Part shown: piece after piece, positions 7,905-17,884 of the stretch | Layout of the letters: every line of letters begins with the position of its first letter | Numbering within the stretch: position 1 is the stretch's first letter | DNA from: an uncultured Lachnospiraceae bacterium | Lineage (GTDB): Bacteria > Bacillota > Clostridia > Christensenellales > UBA1242 | Length of the DNA stretch: 64,000 nucleotides | Assembly (NCBI GenBank): GCA_964383665.1 | Contig: CAYLHO010000002.1 | Span: 66,544-130,543, forward strand | Direction of reading: 5' to 3' | Made by a program: the position numbers and the translations under genes | The notes under the pieces: generated by a model | Database searches by the model: none | Told to the model about the DNA's origin: nothing | The model's input: the letters and a program-made list of their open reading frames with translations, nothing else

Positions 7905-8903
7905 ATGAAAGACATAATCTTAACAGGAATTAAACCAACAGGAAAGTTGCATTTTGGAAATTATTTTGGGGCAATTAAACCTGCGTTGGAACTTGCAAAG
8001 AACAACGACACACAGGCCATGTTTTTTATTGCTGACTATCATGCTTTAAATTTAATTAAAGACCCAAGTCTTTTCAAACAATACTCGCTTGAGGAAGCTG
8101 CAACATGGCTTGCTTGCGGGCTTGACAAGGCAAATGTTGTTTTCTATCGTCAAAGCGATGTTCCAGAGGTTTTTGAACTCAACTGGATTTTGTCGAACAT
8201 AACCCCAAAAGGGCTTATGAACAGGGCACATGCCTATAAAGCGGTTGTTGAAAAAAATCAAAATGACGGGAAAGACCTGGACGACGGAATTAACATGGGG
8301 CTCTATAACTATCCAATTCTTATGGCTGCCGATATTTTAGCAATGGGTTCAAAGTTTGTTCCTGTTGGAGAAGATCAAAAACAACATGTTGAAATTGCGC
8401 GAGAAATTGCAAGGGTGTTTAACAAAACTTTTGGCGAAACATTTATCCTTCCCGAAGAAAAAATAAATCGTGGCGTTGGAACAATCCCGGGGCTTGACGG
8501 AAGAAAAATGAGCAAGAGTTATAACAACACAATTTCGATTTTCTGCGATGAAAATGAACTTAAAAAGAAAATTAATCGAATTGTTACCGACAGTTCTCTT
8601 CCAACCGACCCAAAATCGACCAATTGTGCAATTTTCCAACTTTACAGCCTTTTTGCAAATGAAAAACAAATTGAAGAAATGAAAGAAAAGTTTGCAAAGG
8701 GAATTTCATGGGGTGAAGTTAAAGCCGCAACTTTTGAAGTTGCAAACAATCATCTTAAAGAAATGCGAGAGAAATATAATTACTATATTTCAAATCCTTG
8801 CGAGGTTGAAAGAATTTTGGAAGAGGGAAGCAAAAAAGCACGAGAAATTGCAAGCGCAGTTTTGAAAAATGTTAGAGAAAAAATTGGAAAAACAAGTTTT
8901 TAA
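7905..8903 (+). CDS. trpS: Tryptophan--tRNA ligase
   Basis: 332 aa. Class I motifs TGKLHFGNYFG (HIGH-like) and KMSKS, with TrpRS-like length and N-terminus. GGAG RBS. Confidence 0.88.
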   Translation: MKDIILTGIKPTGKLHFGNYFGAIKPALELAKNNDTQAMFFIADYHALNLIKDPSLFKQYSLEEAATWLACGLDKANVVFYRQSDVPEVFELNWILSNITPKGLMNRAHAYKAVVEKNQNDGKDLDDGINMGLYNYPILMAADILAMGSKFVPVGEDQKQHVEIAREIARVFNKTFGETFILPEEKINRGVGTIPGLDGRKMSKSYNNTISIFCDENELKKKINRIVTDSSLPTDPKSTNCAIFQLYSLFANEKQIEEMKEKFAKGISWGEVKAATFEVANNHLKEMREKYNYYISNPCEVERILEEGSKKAREIASAVLKNVREKIGKTSF

Positions 8904-8991
8904 AAATTTTTTATGAAAAAATAAAGGGTTTTTGAAATTTATGTCGAACTAATATATTATCTAATTAAAATTTTTGTTACACGAGGAAAAG

Positions 8992-10740
8992 TTGCAAAAG
9001 AGATATTATCCGCCCGAATGGGTTAATGAACTTCGAAGTAAGTTAGATATTGTTCAAGTTATTTCGTCATATTTGCAGGTTAATAAAAGAGGGAACGTAT
9101 TTTGGGCCCTCTGTCCTTTTCATCACGAAAAAACGCCTTCGTTTGCGATAAACGAGGAGGATCAATTTTTCCATTGCTTTGGCTGCGGCGAGGGCGGAGA
9201 TGTTATAAAATTTGTTCAGCAAATTGAATCAATTTCCTATCCCGAGGCGCTTGAACGCCTTGCAGAGCGCGCTGGAATGAAACTTCCAGAAGTTGAAGAC
9301 GGCGAAAAAATTGAGAAGGCAAAACAAGAAAAAGACGAAATTTTACGTGCGCTTAATCTTGCGATGCAGGAATATGAAAAAAATTTATATGAGGCTTTTG
9401 CAAAGCCAGCGCAAGAATATGTTAAATTGAGAAACTTTAAAAAAAGCGATTTAACGAAATTCCATATTGGTTATGCAAATGGGAACATGATAATTCCAGC
9501 GCTTGTTAAACAAGGGGTTAAAGTTGAAACTCTTGTTAAGGCAGGAATTGCAGGGAAGGACGAGGAAAGCGGAAAATATTACGACAAGCTTTCAAAAAGG
9601 CTTATTTTCCCAGTTTTGAATTCCTATGAACAATGTATTGCTTACAGCGGAAGAATCCTTGAAAAAAGCGATTTTAAAGCGAAATATAAAAACACAGAGC
9701 AAACGCCGGTTTTCGATAAAGGTTCGTCGGTTTATGCAATTGACCTTTTGAAACAAGCAAAGAGAAACGGAACGCTTAAATACATAGTTTTGGTTGAAGG
9801 GCAAATTGACGTTATAATGATGCATTCAAACGGATTTAACACTGCTGTTGCATCGCTTGGAACGGCGTTCACCGAAAAACATGCCGCTCAACTTAAAAGA
9901 TTTTCAAACGACGTTGTTGTTTGTTATGATGGCGATGGCGCGGGGCAAAAGGCAACAACAAGAGCAATTGGAATTTTAGAAAAAGAAGGGTTGAGCGTTA
10001 AGGTTGCGCGGCTTCCAAAAGGGAAGGATCCAGACGAATTCTTGAAAGAGTTTGGTAAAGATGCAATGCAAAAATTGTTGGACAATGCAAAAACTCCAGT
10101 TGAATATAAGTTGGATTTGCTTAAAGAAAAACATGACGTTTCAAAGCCAGAGGGGAAGACATCATATCTTAAAGAAGCATTTGAAATTTTGCAAAGTGTT
10201 GAAACATTAAGCGAGAAAGATGTTTATCTTAAAATCATAAGCCAAGTTTCAAATGTTCCAATCGACATTTTAAGAAGAGATGCGCAAGGCGGGAATAAGG
10301 TTGCCAACAATTTGCAGCAAAAAGATGTTTTAAGAACAATTGAAGATGGGAATATTAAAGCAGTTAAGTTTGTTCTTAAAGCAATTATTAATCGCGAAAC
10401 CTACTCGAAATTGGATTTCAAACTTGAAGATTATTTAATTAATCCGCTTTATGTTTCAATACTAAAAAAGGTTGATGGAACCAATTCAAAAGAGGAATTT
10501 TTTGAAAAACTTGATGAAAATGAAAAAACTTTTGTTCAAAAAGTTTTAGAGTTCCAATCTTTTGGGGAAGGAAAAGAATATTTTGATAATTGCATTTGGA
10601 AAATTGTTGAAAACAACTTAAAAACGCAACAGCAAATGTTAAATGAACAATATAAAGCCGCAACAAGCTATGACGAAAGAAAGCAAATTGCTGAAAAACT
10701 TAATCATATAATCAAAAAACTTAGCGAAAGAAAATTATAG
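8992..10740 (+). CDS. dnaG: DNA primase DnaG
   Basis: CHC2 zinc finger [11 protein letters not shown]...[10 protein letters not shown] and Toprim motifs EGQIDVI and [13 protein letters not shown] at 8992 has a GAGG RBS 5 nt upstream. An alternative TTG at 8974 (ORF track) has none. Confidence 0.88.
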   Translation: MQKRYYPPEWVNELRSKLDIVQVISSYLQVNKRGNVFWALCPFHHEKTPSFAINEEDQFFHCFGCGEGGDVIKFVQQIESISYPEALERLAERAGMKLPEVEDGEKIEKAKQEKDEILRALNLAMQEYEKNLYEAFAKPAQEYVKLRNFKKSDLTKFHIGYANGNMIIPALVKQGVKVETLVKAGIAGKDEESGKYYDKLSKRLIFPVLNSYEQCIAYSGRILEKSDFKAKYKNTEQTPVFDKGSSVYAIDLLKQAKRNGTLKYIVLVEGQIDVIMMHSNGFNTAVASLGTAFTEKHAAQLKRFSNDVVVCYDGDGAGQKATTRAIGILEKEGLSVKVARLPKGKDPDEFLKEFGKDAMQKLLDNAKTPVEYKLDLLKEKHDVSKPEGKTSYLKEAFEILQSVETLSEKDVYLKIISQVSNVPIDILRRDAQGGNKVANNLQQKDVLRTIEDGNIKAVKFVLKAIINRETYSKLDFKLEDYLINPLYVSILKKVDGTNSKEEFFEKLDENEKTFVQKVLEFQSFGEGKEYFDNCIWKIVENNLKTQQQMLNEQYKAATSYDERKQIAEKLNHIIKKLSERKL

Positions 10741-10748
10741 GAGAAAAA

Positions 10749-11804
10749 ATGGAAGAGAAACTTAAAATTGAACTTAACAGATTTTTGGAAGTTGGGCGAA
10801 AGAAAGGAAATGTTAACGAGGAGGATATCTATTTCCGCCTTATGAAACACGACGCAAGCCGCGATGATATCAACGAATTTATTGAGGAAATTGAAAAAAA
10901 TGGAATTCGCGTTATTCGTGCAAGCGAGGAGGATTTAAGCAAGGAAAGTCTTGAGGACATTATTGTTCAAGTTAATGTTGACGACCCTGTTAAAATGTAT
11001 CTTAAAGACATTGGAAAAGTTCCGCTTCTTTCAAGCGATGAGGAAGTTGAACTTGCAAAAAGAATGGCAGAAGGCGATCAGGCGGCAAAAGCAAAACTTT
11101 CGGAATCGAACCTTCGTCTTGTTGTTTCAATTGCAAAACGATATGTTTCGCGTTCAAACATGCAATTTCTCGACTTAATTCAAGAGGGGAACATTGGACT
11201 TTTGAAAGCGGTTGAAAAATTTGATTTCACAAAGGGCTTCCGTTTCTCAACCTATGCAACTTGGTGGATTCGTCAATCCATAACCCGTGCAATTGCCGAT
11301 CAGGCAAGAACAATTCGTGTTCCTGTCCACATGGTTGAAACAATCAACAAGTTAACGCGCGTAACTCGAACATTAATTCAAAAACTTGGTCGAGATCCAA
11401 CAACAAGCGAAATTGCCGAGGCAATGGGTGTTTCGGAAGAAAGAGTTATGGAAATTCAAAGAATTGCTATGGACCCAATCTCCCTTGAAACAACAATTGG
11501 CGACGAAGAAGACAGCAAAATAAGCGATTTCATCGAAGATGAAACAGCGCAATCGCCTTTGGAGGCAGCGGCTCAAAAACTTCTTCGCGAGCAACTTCTT
11601 TCAGTAATCGAAACATTAACTCCTCGCGAGCAAAAGGTTATAAGAATGCGTTATGGACTTGATAACTCCCATCCAAGAACTTTGGAGGAAGTTGGAAAAG
11701 AATTTAACGTAACACGTGAGCGTATCCGTCAAATTGAAGCAAAAGCGCTTCGAAAACTTCGCCACCCAAACCGTTCGAAAAAGCTTGTTGACTATCGTTC
11801 ATAA
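10749..11804 (+). CDS. sigA: Primary sigma factor SigA/RpoD
   Basis: 351 aa with [27 protein letters not shown] (region 2.4/3) and [30 protein letters not shown] (region 4.2). dnaG-sigA operon order. Confidence 0.93.
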   Translation: MEEKLKIELNRFLEVGRKKGNVNEEDIYFRLMKHDASRDDINEFIEEIEKNGIRVIRASEEDLSKESLEDIIVQVNVDDPVKMYLKDIGKVPLLSSDEEVELAKRMAEGDQAAKAKLSESNLRLVVSIAKRYVSRSNMQFLDLIQEGNIGLLKAVEKFDFTKGFRFSTYATWWIRQSITRAIADQARTIRVPVHMVETINKLTRVTRTLIQKLGRDPTTSEIAEAMGVSEERVMEIQRIAMDPISLETTIGDEEDSKISDFIEDETAQSPLEAAAQKLLREQLLSVIETLTPREQKVIRMRYGLDNSHPRTLEEVGKEFNVTRERIRQIEAKALRKLRHPNRSKKLVDYRS

Positions 11805-11810
11805 AAACAA

Positions 11811-11846
11811 AATCGCCTTAAATTTTGAGGGCGATTTTTCTTTTTT
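11811..11846 (+). terminator. Rho-independent terminator after sigA
   Basis: ATCGCC...GGGCGAT hairpin followed by TTTTTCTTTTTT. Confidence 0.75.
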
Positions 11847-11932
11847 CAGCCTAAATAAAAAAGTTAAAAAAGAACTTGCACTTTAATGTTAATTTATTGT
11901 ATAATAAAGCACGATAAAAGGGGAAACTGCTA

Positions 11933-12631
11933 ATGGATTTTAAAAATGTTTTAGAATATCAAAGAAAAGATGGCGAACTTATTAAAATTGAGCGAGAACT
12001 TAATTCTCACCCAAGTCGCAAAATTTCGTCAGAAATGATTGCTGTTGTTAAAAAAGCACAAGAACGCTCAAGTCAACTTGAAAACCATGCTGGTGCGCTT
12101 TCAAAAGATCTTGAGTTGCTTCAAAAAGCATACAAAGAAAATGTTGGGCAAATTGAAAAATTTGTTTCAAAAGATCTTGAAACTCTTTCACAAAAGGATT
12201 TAGAAAACATTTCCGAAGCATGCAATGCAATTTTGAACAACATGAATATTTTGGAAAAGAAACTTTTTTCGGCTGCCGAAAATCTTAACATAACTCTTAA
12301 TGAGTTTGAAAAAACAAAGAAACAATATGGTGTTGCAAGAGCAAAGTATGGCGAACATAAACAAGTTTATGATGCGCTTTTCAAGCAAAAAGAGCCGGAA
12401 ATTAATGCAATTAAAGCCGAACTTACAAAACTTGAAGGAGGAATTGAACCAAAACTTCTTGCTAAATATAAACAACTTCGTGCAGACAAACTTTTCCCAG
12501 CATTTGTTAAACTTAGCGACAGGTCTTGCGGAGGTTGCAGAATGGAACTTTCGGCGGCGGAAATTGAAAAAGTTAAAACAAAAGGATATATGGAGTGTGA
12601 TAACTGCCACAGAATTATAATTTCAGGTTAA
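11933..12631 (+). CDS. Coiled-coil protein with C-terminal C4 zinc ribbon (COG1579-like)
   Basis: 232 aa. Long heptad-rich region, then CGGCRMEL...CDNCHRII. This architecture is typical of the zf-RING_7/COG1579 family. Confidence 0.6.
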   Translation: MDFKNVLEYQRKDGELIKIERELNSHPSRKISSEMIAVVKKAQERSSQLENHAGALSKDLELLQKAYKENVGQIEKFVSKDLETLSQKDLENISEACNAILNNMNILEKKLFSAAENLNITLNEFEKTKKQYGVARAKYGEHKQVYDALFKQKEPEINAIKAELTKLEGGIEPKLLAKYKQLRADKLFPAFVKLSDRSCGGCRMELSAAEIEKVKTKGYMECDNCHRIIISG

Positions 12632-12632
12632 G

Positions 12633-12656
12633 AGAACGGCAAACCCGTTCTTTTTT
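12633..12656 (+). terminator. Rho-independent terminator
   Basis: GAACGG caaac CCGTTC followed by TTTTTT. Confidence 0.75.
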
Positions 12657-12666
12657 CATTAAAGAA

Positions 12667-12696
12667 TTGACATATTTTGTCATAGTATGTTAAAAT
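12667..12696 (+). promoter_or_regulatory. SigA-type promoter positioned for a leaderless hisS mRNA
   Basis: TTGACA (12667-12672), 18-nt spacer ending in TGt, TAAAAT (12691-12696). Only 6 nt separate the -10 box from the hisS ATG at 12703, and there is no Shine-Dalgarno. Confidence 0.45.
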
Positions 12697-12702
12697 ATCA
12701 GC

Positions 12703-13995
12703 ATGAAAAACGATTTGAAATTACAAAACTTAAAAGGCACAGTTGACTACTTGCCAAAGGAACAACTTATTCGTGAAAAAATATTTTCAACGTTAAAAGG
12801 CGTTTTTGAAAAATATGGCTTTTTGCCTCTCGACACGGCAATTCTTTGCCCGTTTGAACTTCTTTCGTCGAAATATGCCGGCGGGGCGGAAATTTTAAAG
12901 GAAGTTTATAAACTTAAGGACCAAGGGGACAGGGATTTAGGTCTTCGATATGACCTAACAGTTCCATTCTCAAAAACAATTGCCGCAAATCAAAACATAA
13001 CTTTGCCATTCAGACGCTATGAAATTGGAAAGGTTTTCAGAAATGGTCCTGTTAAACTTGGAAGATTGCGTGAGTTCTATCAATGCGACATCGACGTTTG
13101 CGGAATTGAAGGACGATTTGTTGAAGTTGAATTTTTTCAAATGGCGCTTGAAGGATATAATAAACTTGGACTTGATGTTGAAATAAAATGGAACAACAGA
13201 AAGTATCTTTCGGGAATAATCCAAGAGGCAGGAATTGATGAAGATTTGTCTTCAAAAGCAATTTTGGCGCTCGACAAACTTGAAAAAATTGGGCAGAAGG
13301 AAGTTGAAAAAGAACTTTTTGAAATTGGTTGTTTAAATGAGTCAGTTGAAAAATTATTTAAACTCCTAGGAATGGAACTTAACGAGGTTGAAAAAGTTGC
13401 ATCGTGCGAACTTCTTAAAGAGGGGATTTCAGAAGTTCAAGAGATCCAAAAAATTACTGGTGAACTTGAGCTTAAGGATTGCGTTTTCTCGTCAACTCTT
13501 GCGCGTGGGCTTGAAATTTACACCGGAACAGTTTGGGAAATTTTCGATAAAACTGGGAAAATTAAGTCCAGCCTTGGTGGCGGAGGAAGATACGATAAGA
13601 TTATTGGGAAGTTCATCGACAACGGAACCGAATACCCTGCGCTTGGAATGAGTTTTGGAATTGAACCAATTTATGCGCTTTTGGAAGAGAAAGAAACAGA
13701 CCAAAGCAGAATTGATTTATTAATTTTCGCTTTCGATCTCAATTCAAAAATTTTAGAAATTGCATCAAAGTTTAGAGCGCAAGGTGTTAACGTTATTGTT
13801 GATTATAAAAATAAAAAACTTAAAAAAGCGCTTGAACAAGCAAATGCTCAAAAAATCCCATATGTTGCAATCATTGGGGAAGACGAAATTAAAGAAAACA
13901 AAATTGCCGTTAAGAACATGATTGAAGGGAATCAGGTTTCGCTTCCAATTTCCGAGGCGGCAGAATTGATTTTAAGGGAAAGAAAAAATGGATAG
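12703..13995 (+). CDS. hisS: Histidine--tRNA ligase
   Basis: 430 aa. LKGTVDYLP N-terminus, class II motif 2 FRRYEIGKVFRNGPVKLGRLREFYQCD and motif 3 region GGGGRYD. Confidence 0.9.
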   Translation: MKNDLKLQNLKGTVDYLPKEQLIREKIFSTLKGVFEKYGFLPLDTAILCPFELLSSKYAGGAEILKEVYKLKDQGDRDLGLRYDLTVPFSKTIAANQNITLPFRRYEIGKVFRNGPVKLGRLREFYQCDIDVCGIEGRFVEVEFFQMALEGYNKLGLDVEIKWNNRKYLSGIIQEAGIDEDLSSKAILALDKLEKIGQKEVEKELFEIGCLNESVEKLFKLLGMELNEVEKVASCELLKEGISEVQEIQKITGELELKDCVFSSTLARGLEIYTGTVWEIFDKTGKIKSSLGGGGRYDKIIGKFIDNGTEYPALGMSFGIEPIYALLEEKETDQSRIDLLIFAFDLNSKILEIASKFRAQGVNVIVDYKNKKLKKALEQANAQKIPYVAIIGEDEIKENKIAVKNMIEGNQVSLPISEAAELILRERKNG

Positions 13996-15646
13996 TGAAA
14001 AACTTGCGAACTTGCTTTTTCCAAATGCAAAAGATGTGTTGTTTTGGGAGAACAAATTTCCAAGAAGAAATTTAGATGAAGATCAGGAAGTAACAAGATA
14101 TGCTCCAAGCCCAACTGGGTTTATGCATCTTGGGAATTTTTTTCAAATGTTTATTTCATATAACCTTGCAAAGAATTCAAATGGAATTTTTATCAAGCGT
14201 CTTGAGGACACCGATTCAAAACGTGAAAAAGAAAATGCTTTTGAAGTTATCAAACAAGTTATGGATAAATTTGGAATCCACCCAGACGAGTTTCAAGAAA
14301 AAGGTGAGGAGCCTGTTGGGAACTATGGTCCATACATTCAAAGTTTAAGAAAAGAAATTTACGCGTCCTATGCGAAAGAACTTGTTAAGAAAGGAAAAGC
14401 GTTTCCATGTTTTTGCAAAGCGAAAGACGGGAAAGAGGAAATTCTTAAAGACAGAGAAGAAAAATTTGCGGTTAACGACGAGTTTGAATATGACCCATGC
14501 AGAAATTTGACACTTGAACAAATTGAAGAAAAAATTAACAATGGCGAAAAATTTGCAATCCGTTTTAAAACAAGCGGAACAGGAAAAGAAAGAATTAAGT
14601 TCGTTGATTTAATTAAAGGCGAAATTGAAGCAGCGGCAAACGCGAAGGACGTTATTTTAATTAAACAAGACGGAATTCCTCCATATCTTTTTGCGCATAT
14701 AATCGACGACCATTTAATGGGAACAACAACAATTGTTCGCGGCGAAGAGTATATTTCTTCAACCCCGGTCCATTTGGAGGTTATTGATGCGCTTGGGTTT
14801 AAGAGATTTAAATATTGCCATAATCCATTAATTTGCAAAATTCCCGAAAATGGGAATAAGAGAAAAATTTCGAAAAGATACGACCCAGAAGCTGACATGC
14901 GTTTCTATTTCGAAAAAGGTTATCCAATTGAGGCAGTTTTTGAATACCTTTTGAACCTCATTTCGTCATCTTTTGAACCATGGAGAACGAAAAATCCGGA
15001 TCTTCCTTGGACAGAATTTAAATTTGGAATTAATGATATAACTGCTGTTTCTCCAGTTTTGGATATGGCAAAATTCACAGATATTTCGAAAAATATTGTT
15101 GCAAAAATGACCGCAGAAGAGGTCTATGCAAAAGCTGAAGAATGGGCAAGCGAATATGACAAGCAATTTGCCGCATTCCTAAAAGAAAACAAAGAATATG
15201 TTATAAAAGTTCTTGGGATTGACCGTTACACAGCAAAACCAAGAAAAGACATTGCCGCGTTTGGCGAAATTCAAAAAGTTTTTTCCTATATGTTTAAACC
15301 TTATTTCAAAAACGATAACATTTCCGATTTTGAAATTGACCAAGAGAACTTTGGAAAAGCAAAAGAAGTTGTTTTGGAATATGCAAAGATTGTTAGCGCA
15401 AGTGATGAAAAAGATGTTTGGTTCTCAAAAATCAAGGAACTTGCTGCTTCTCTTGGATATGCAACCGATAATAAGGCATATAAAGCAAATCCGGAAAACT
15501 TTAAGGGAAATGTTGCTCAAGTTTGCGAGTTTATCCGCGTTGCGCTAACAGGACGTAAAAATTCCCCAGATTTATATGAAATAATTTCAATATTGGGGCA
15601 AGACGAAACGATTTCCCGCCTTAATGAATTTGCAAAAAAATTATAA
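13988..15646 (+). CDS. gltX: Glutamate--tRNA ligase (long form)
   Basis: 552 aa. TRYAPSPTGFMHLGN (HIGH), RLEDTDSKRE and KISKR (KMSKS-like). Overlaps the hisS stop by 8 nt. Confidence 0.8.
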   Translation: MDSEKLANLLFPNAKDVLFWENKFPRRNLDEDQEVTRYAPSPTGFMHLGNFFQMFISYNLAKNSNGIFIKRLEDTDSKREKENAFEVIKQVMDKFGIHPDEFQEKGEEPVGNYGPYIQSLRKEIYASYAKELVKKGKAFPCFCKAKDGKEEILKDREEKFAVNDEFEYDPCRNLTLEQIEEKINNGEKFAIRFKTSGTGKERIKFVDLIKGEIEAAANAKDVILIKQDGIPPYLFAHIIDDHLMGTTTIVRGEEYISSTPVHLEVIDALGFKRFKYCHNPLICKIPENGNKRKISKRYDPEADMRFYFEKGYPIEAVFEYLLNLISSSFEPWRTKNPDLPWTEFKFGINDITAVSPVLDMAKFTDISKNIVAKMTAEEVYAKAEEWASEYDKQFAAFLKENKEYVIKVLGIDRYTAKPRKDIAAFGEIQKVFSYMFKPYFKNDNISDFEIDQENFGKAKEVVLEYAKIVSASDEKDVWFSKIKELAASLGYATDNKAYKANPENFKGNVAQVCEFIRVALTGRKNSPDLYEIISILGQDETISRLNEFAKKL

Positions 15647-15649
15647 TAA

Positions 15650-15674
15650 AAATCCCGCATAAACGGGATTTTTT
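15650..15674 (+). terminator. Rho-independent terminator after gltX
   Basis: AATCCCG cataaa CGGGATT followed by TTTTT. Confidence 0.8.
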
Positions 15675-15762
15675 AATTTTAGAATTAAAACTTGAAAAAT
15701 CTTTTAAAAACACTTGACAAAAGATTGTGAATATAATAAAATACAAACTGCAATAAGCAAAT

Positions 15763-15837
15763 GCCTCCTTAGCTCAGCGGTGGAGCACTCGGCTGTTAAC
15801 CGATAGGTCGTAAGTTCGAATCTTACAGGAGGCGCCA
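15763..15837 (+). tRNA. tRNA-Asn (GUU)
   Basis: Acceptor GCCTCCT/AGGAGGC, anticodon loop CTGTTAA, T-arm GTAAGTTCGAATCTTAC, encoded CCA. TTGACA at 15714 lies upstream. Confidence 0.88.
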
Positions 15838-15842
15838 AATAA

Positions 15843-15868
15843 AACTTGGGTAAACACCAAGTTTTTTT
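15843..15868. terminator. Bidirectional terminator (tRNA-Asn / convergent lipoprotein gene)
   Basis: AACTTGG gtaaaca CCAAGTT flanked by an A-run and a T-run. Confidence 0.7.
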
Positions 15869-15938
15869 GTTGCTCTAAAACCTATCGGTTAAGCGCATGT
15901 AATGCGCGCTTGCGGAAGCAATCACAGCAGAGAGGCTT

Positions 15939-17762
15939 TTAAATTAACCTGTCGAAGATTTTTTCGCCAGATTGTTCTTCGCCATAAGTGTCTTCGTTTT
16001 CTGGATTTAGGTTTTCTAATTCATCATTATTAACTTGGCTTTTGTTAAGGTTTTTATCTTTTTCTTCAATTTCAAGGCTTGGAGTTGTTGCCCCAAAAGC
16101 CTTGAAATCTTGTCTTTTTTCTTGTGGAAGCGGTTTAACAAGTGCATCTTGAAGTGCATTTGCTGCTAAATTTGCTCCCGGAACATAGCCTGTTCCAAGC
16201 GGATTTGTTGTTTGAGGAGGGAATTTATAGGTGTCGGTGTTGCGATAGGGATTTGTTATTCCATTTTCGAAGTTATGAACTCCGTTATATCCTCCATATG
16301 TTCCGCCAATTCCGTTGCCATAAGCGCCGCCAATTCCGTTTGTGTATGTTCCGCCAATTCCGTTAACAGGAGAGCCATAAACGCCGTTTCCATATCCAAA
16401 CGTGTTGGAATTGTTTGGAAGAGTTGTTTGTTGAGGAGCTATTGGCGAATTATCTGTGTTGTTTGAAGGTTTTGAACCATCTTGTTCGTTTTGATTTTTG
16501 TTATTTTCTTTTTTAACAACATTCGGTGTTAAGGTTTTGTCCTTAAAAGTGTCGATGTTGTTTTTTCTTTCGGTTTTTTGCGATTTTTCTTCGTCGAATG
16601 TGTTATAGTCGGCAATTTGTTTTGGAGAGATATCGTTTTTCGAAGAAATAGATTTTATTTCAGATTGATTTTGAGAAATTCCGCTTTCAACATTTGGGCA
16701 GGTTGTTGATGGGCAATTGTTTGGATATGTTGTTGGGCAGTTCCCGTTTGGGCAACTTTGAAGATATTTTTTGTTGCCGTTTTCATCGAAAAAGTATAAA
16801 TTGCCGTTATTATCAAAACAATAAATTTTTCCGCTTTCATCGGTAAAACACTTTTCGTCGGTTGTTTTTTTATTGTTAAGAAGATTTTTAAGGTCATCTA
16901 AATTTTCGAGGTTGCCCAAATTATTTGAACTGTTGTTTGAATTTGTGGCGCAATTTCCATTAAGGACGCATTGAAGTTGCGAAAGAAGCGCCAAGATGTT
17001 TTGATAGTTTGTTAAGCGATTGTCCAAACAATTAACAAGCGTAACATATTTTGAACTTATTGTGTCGATACCATTTGAAAGGGATTTCTTTTGAGAGAGC
17101 GTTTTGCAGCCGTTTGAAACTTCGTTTCGAGTGTCGGTTAGTTTATTTGTTAATTTTGAAAGTTCTTTAAGAAGATTATTGCAAGTTTCTGTTTGCTCGC
17201 TTGAAAGTTCAATTTCCTCATTTTTAAGTTGCTTTGCAATGTCGGAAAGAAATTGGCAGTAGGCAAAAATGTTGTTGCGGCAAACGCAAATTGAGTCGTT
17301 AACGCTAACCGCATCGTTAACCATAACATACAAATCTTCAACTTTCCCAAGATATGTGTTTAAACCGGAATTTGCATAGTTAACTGTTGAAATGTGGCGA
17401 GGGGTGTATGTTCCATATCTCGAAGAGGAAAGCGATGTTTTTGGAGAAGCGTTGCTTTGATCTTTCTTAATCTCTTCGCTTTCAACAATTTGTTCGTCGA
17501 TGCTAGGCAAAATCATGAGGTCACCTTGCTTAAGCTTTTCTGTTGGGTCGGTTGAGTTGTTTGCTGGCGAATAGATTTCTGGAATAACAAGATCGGAAGT
17601 TGATGCTTCTTCGGTTTTGTTAAGAATGTTTGTTAATTTGTTAATGTTATATTCAATTGTGTATGAAAGGGAAGCTCCTGAATTTCCTGTTGCACAGCCC
17701 GCAAGCCCAAAACTTAAAACAAGGATTAAGCAAAGCGGAACAATTTTTAATAATTTTTTCAT
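15939..17762 (-). CDS. Large lipoprotein of unknown function (Cys-motif and Gly/Asn-repeat regions)
   Basis: 607 aa. Signal peptide with lipobox LSFGLAG-C. Central CPNGNCPTTYPNNCPSTTCPN motif. Three tandem NGIGG(T/A)Y units near the C-terminus. GGAGG RBS. Confidence 0.7.
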   Translation of the reverse strand: MKKLLKIVPLCLILVLSFGLAGCATGNSGASLSYTIEYNINKLTNILNKTEEASTSDLVIPEIYSPANNSTDPTEKLKQGDLMILPSIDEQIVESEEIKKDQSNASPKTSLSSSRYGTYTPRHISTVNYANSGLNTYLGKVEDLYVMVNDAVSVNDSICVCRNNIFAYCQFLSDIAKQLKNEEIELSSEQTETCNNLLKELSKLTNKLTDTRNEVSNGCKTLSQKKSLSNGIDTISSKYVTLVNCLDNRLTNYQNILALLSQLQCVLNGNCATNSNNSSNNLGNLENLDDLKNLLNNKKTTDEKCFTDESGKIYCFDNNGNLYFFDENGNKKYLQSCPNGNCPTTYPNNCPSTTCPNVESGISQNQSEIKSISSKNDISPKQIADYNTFDEEKSQKTERKNNIDTFKDKTLTPNVVKKENNKNQNEQDGSKPSNNTDNSPIAPQQTTLPNNSNTFGYGNGVYGSPVNGIGGTYTNGIGGAYGNGIGGTYGGYNGVHNFENGITNPYRNTDTYKFPPQTTNPLGTGYVPGANLAANALQDALVKPLPQEKRQDFKAFGATTPSLEIEEKDKNLNKSQVNNDELENLNPENEDTYGEEQSGEKIFDRLI

Positions 17763-17884
17763 AATTCCTCCAAAAATTAAATTTTTACGCTTTTATTGTG
17801 TATTTTTTTTGAAAAAATATGCTTTTTGTGGTTAAATTTTTGTTTTTTGCGCAACATACGCAGTGTAAAGGAGAAAATTTGAAA

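Noticed and set aside
16142-16466. Plus-strand ORFs (74 and 84 aa) opposite the lipoprotein Gly-repeat region
   Set aside because: They are the antisense of the 24-nt repeat encoding NGIGGTY. They are Cys/Arg-rich artefacts without start context.
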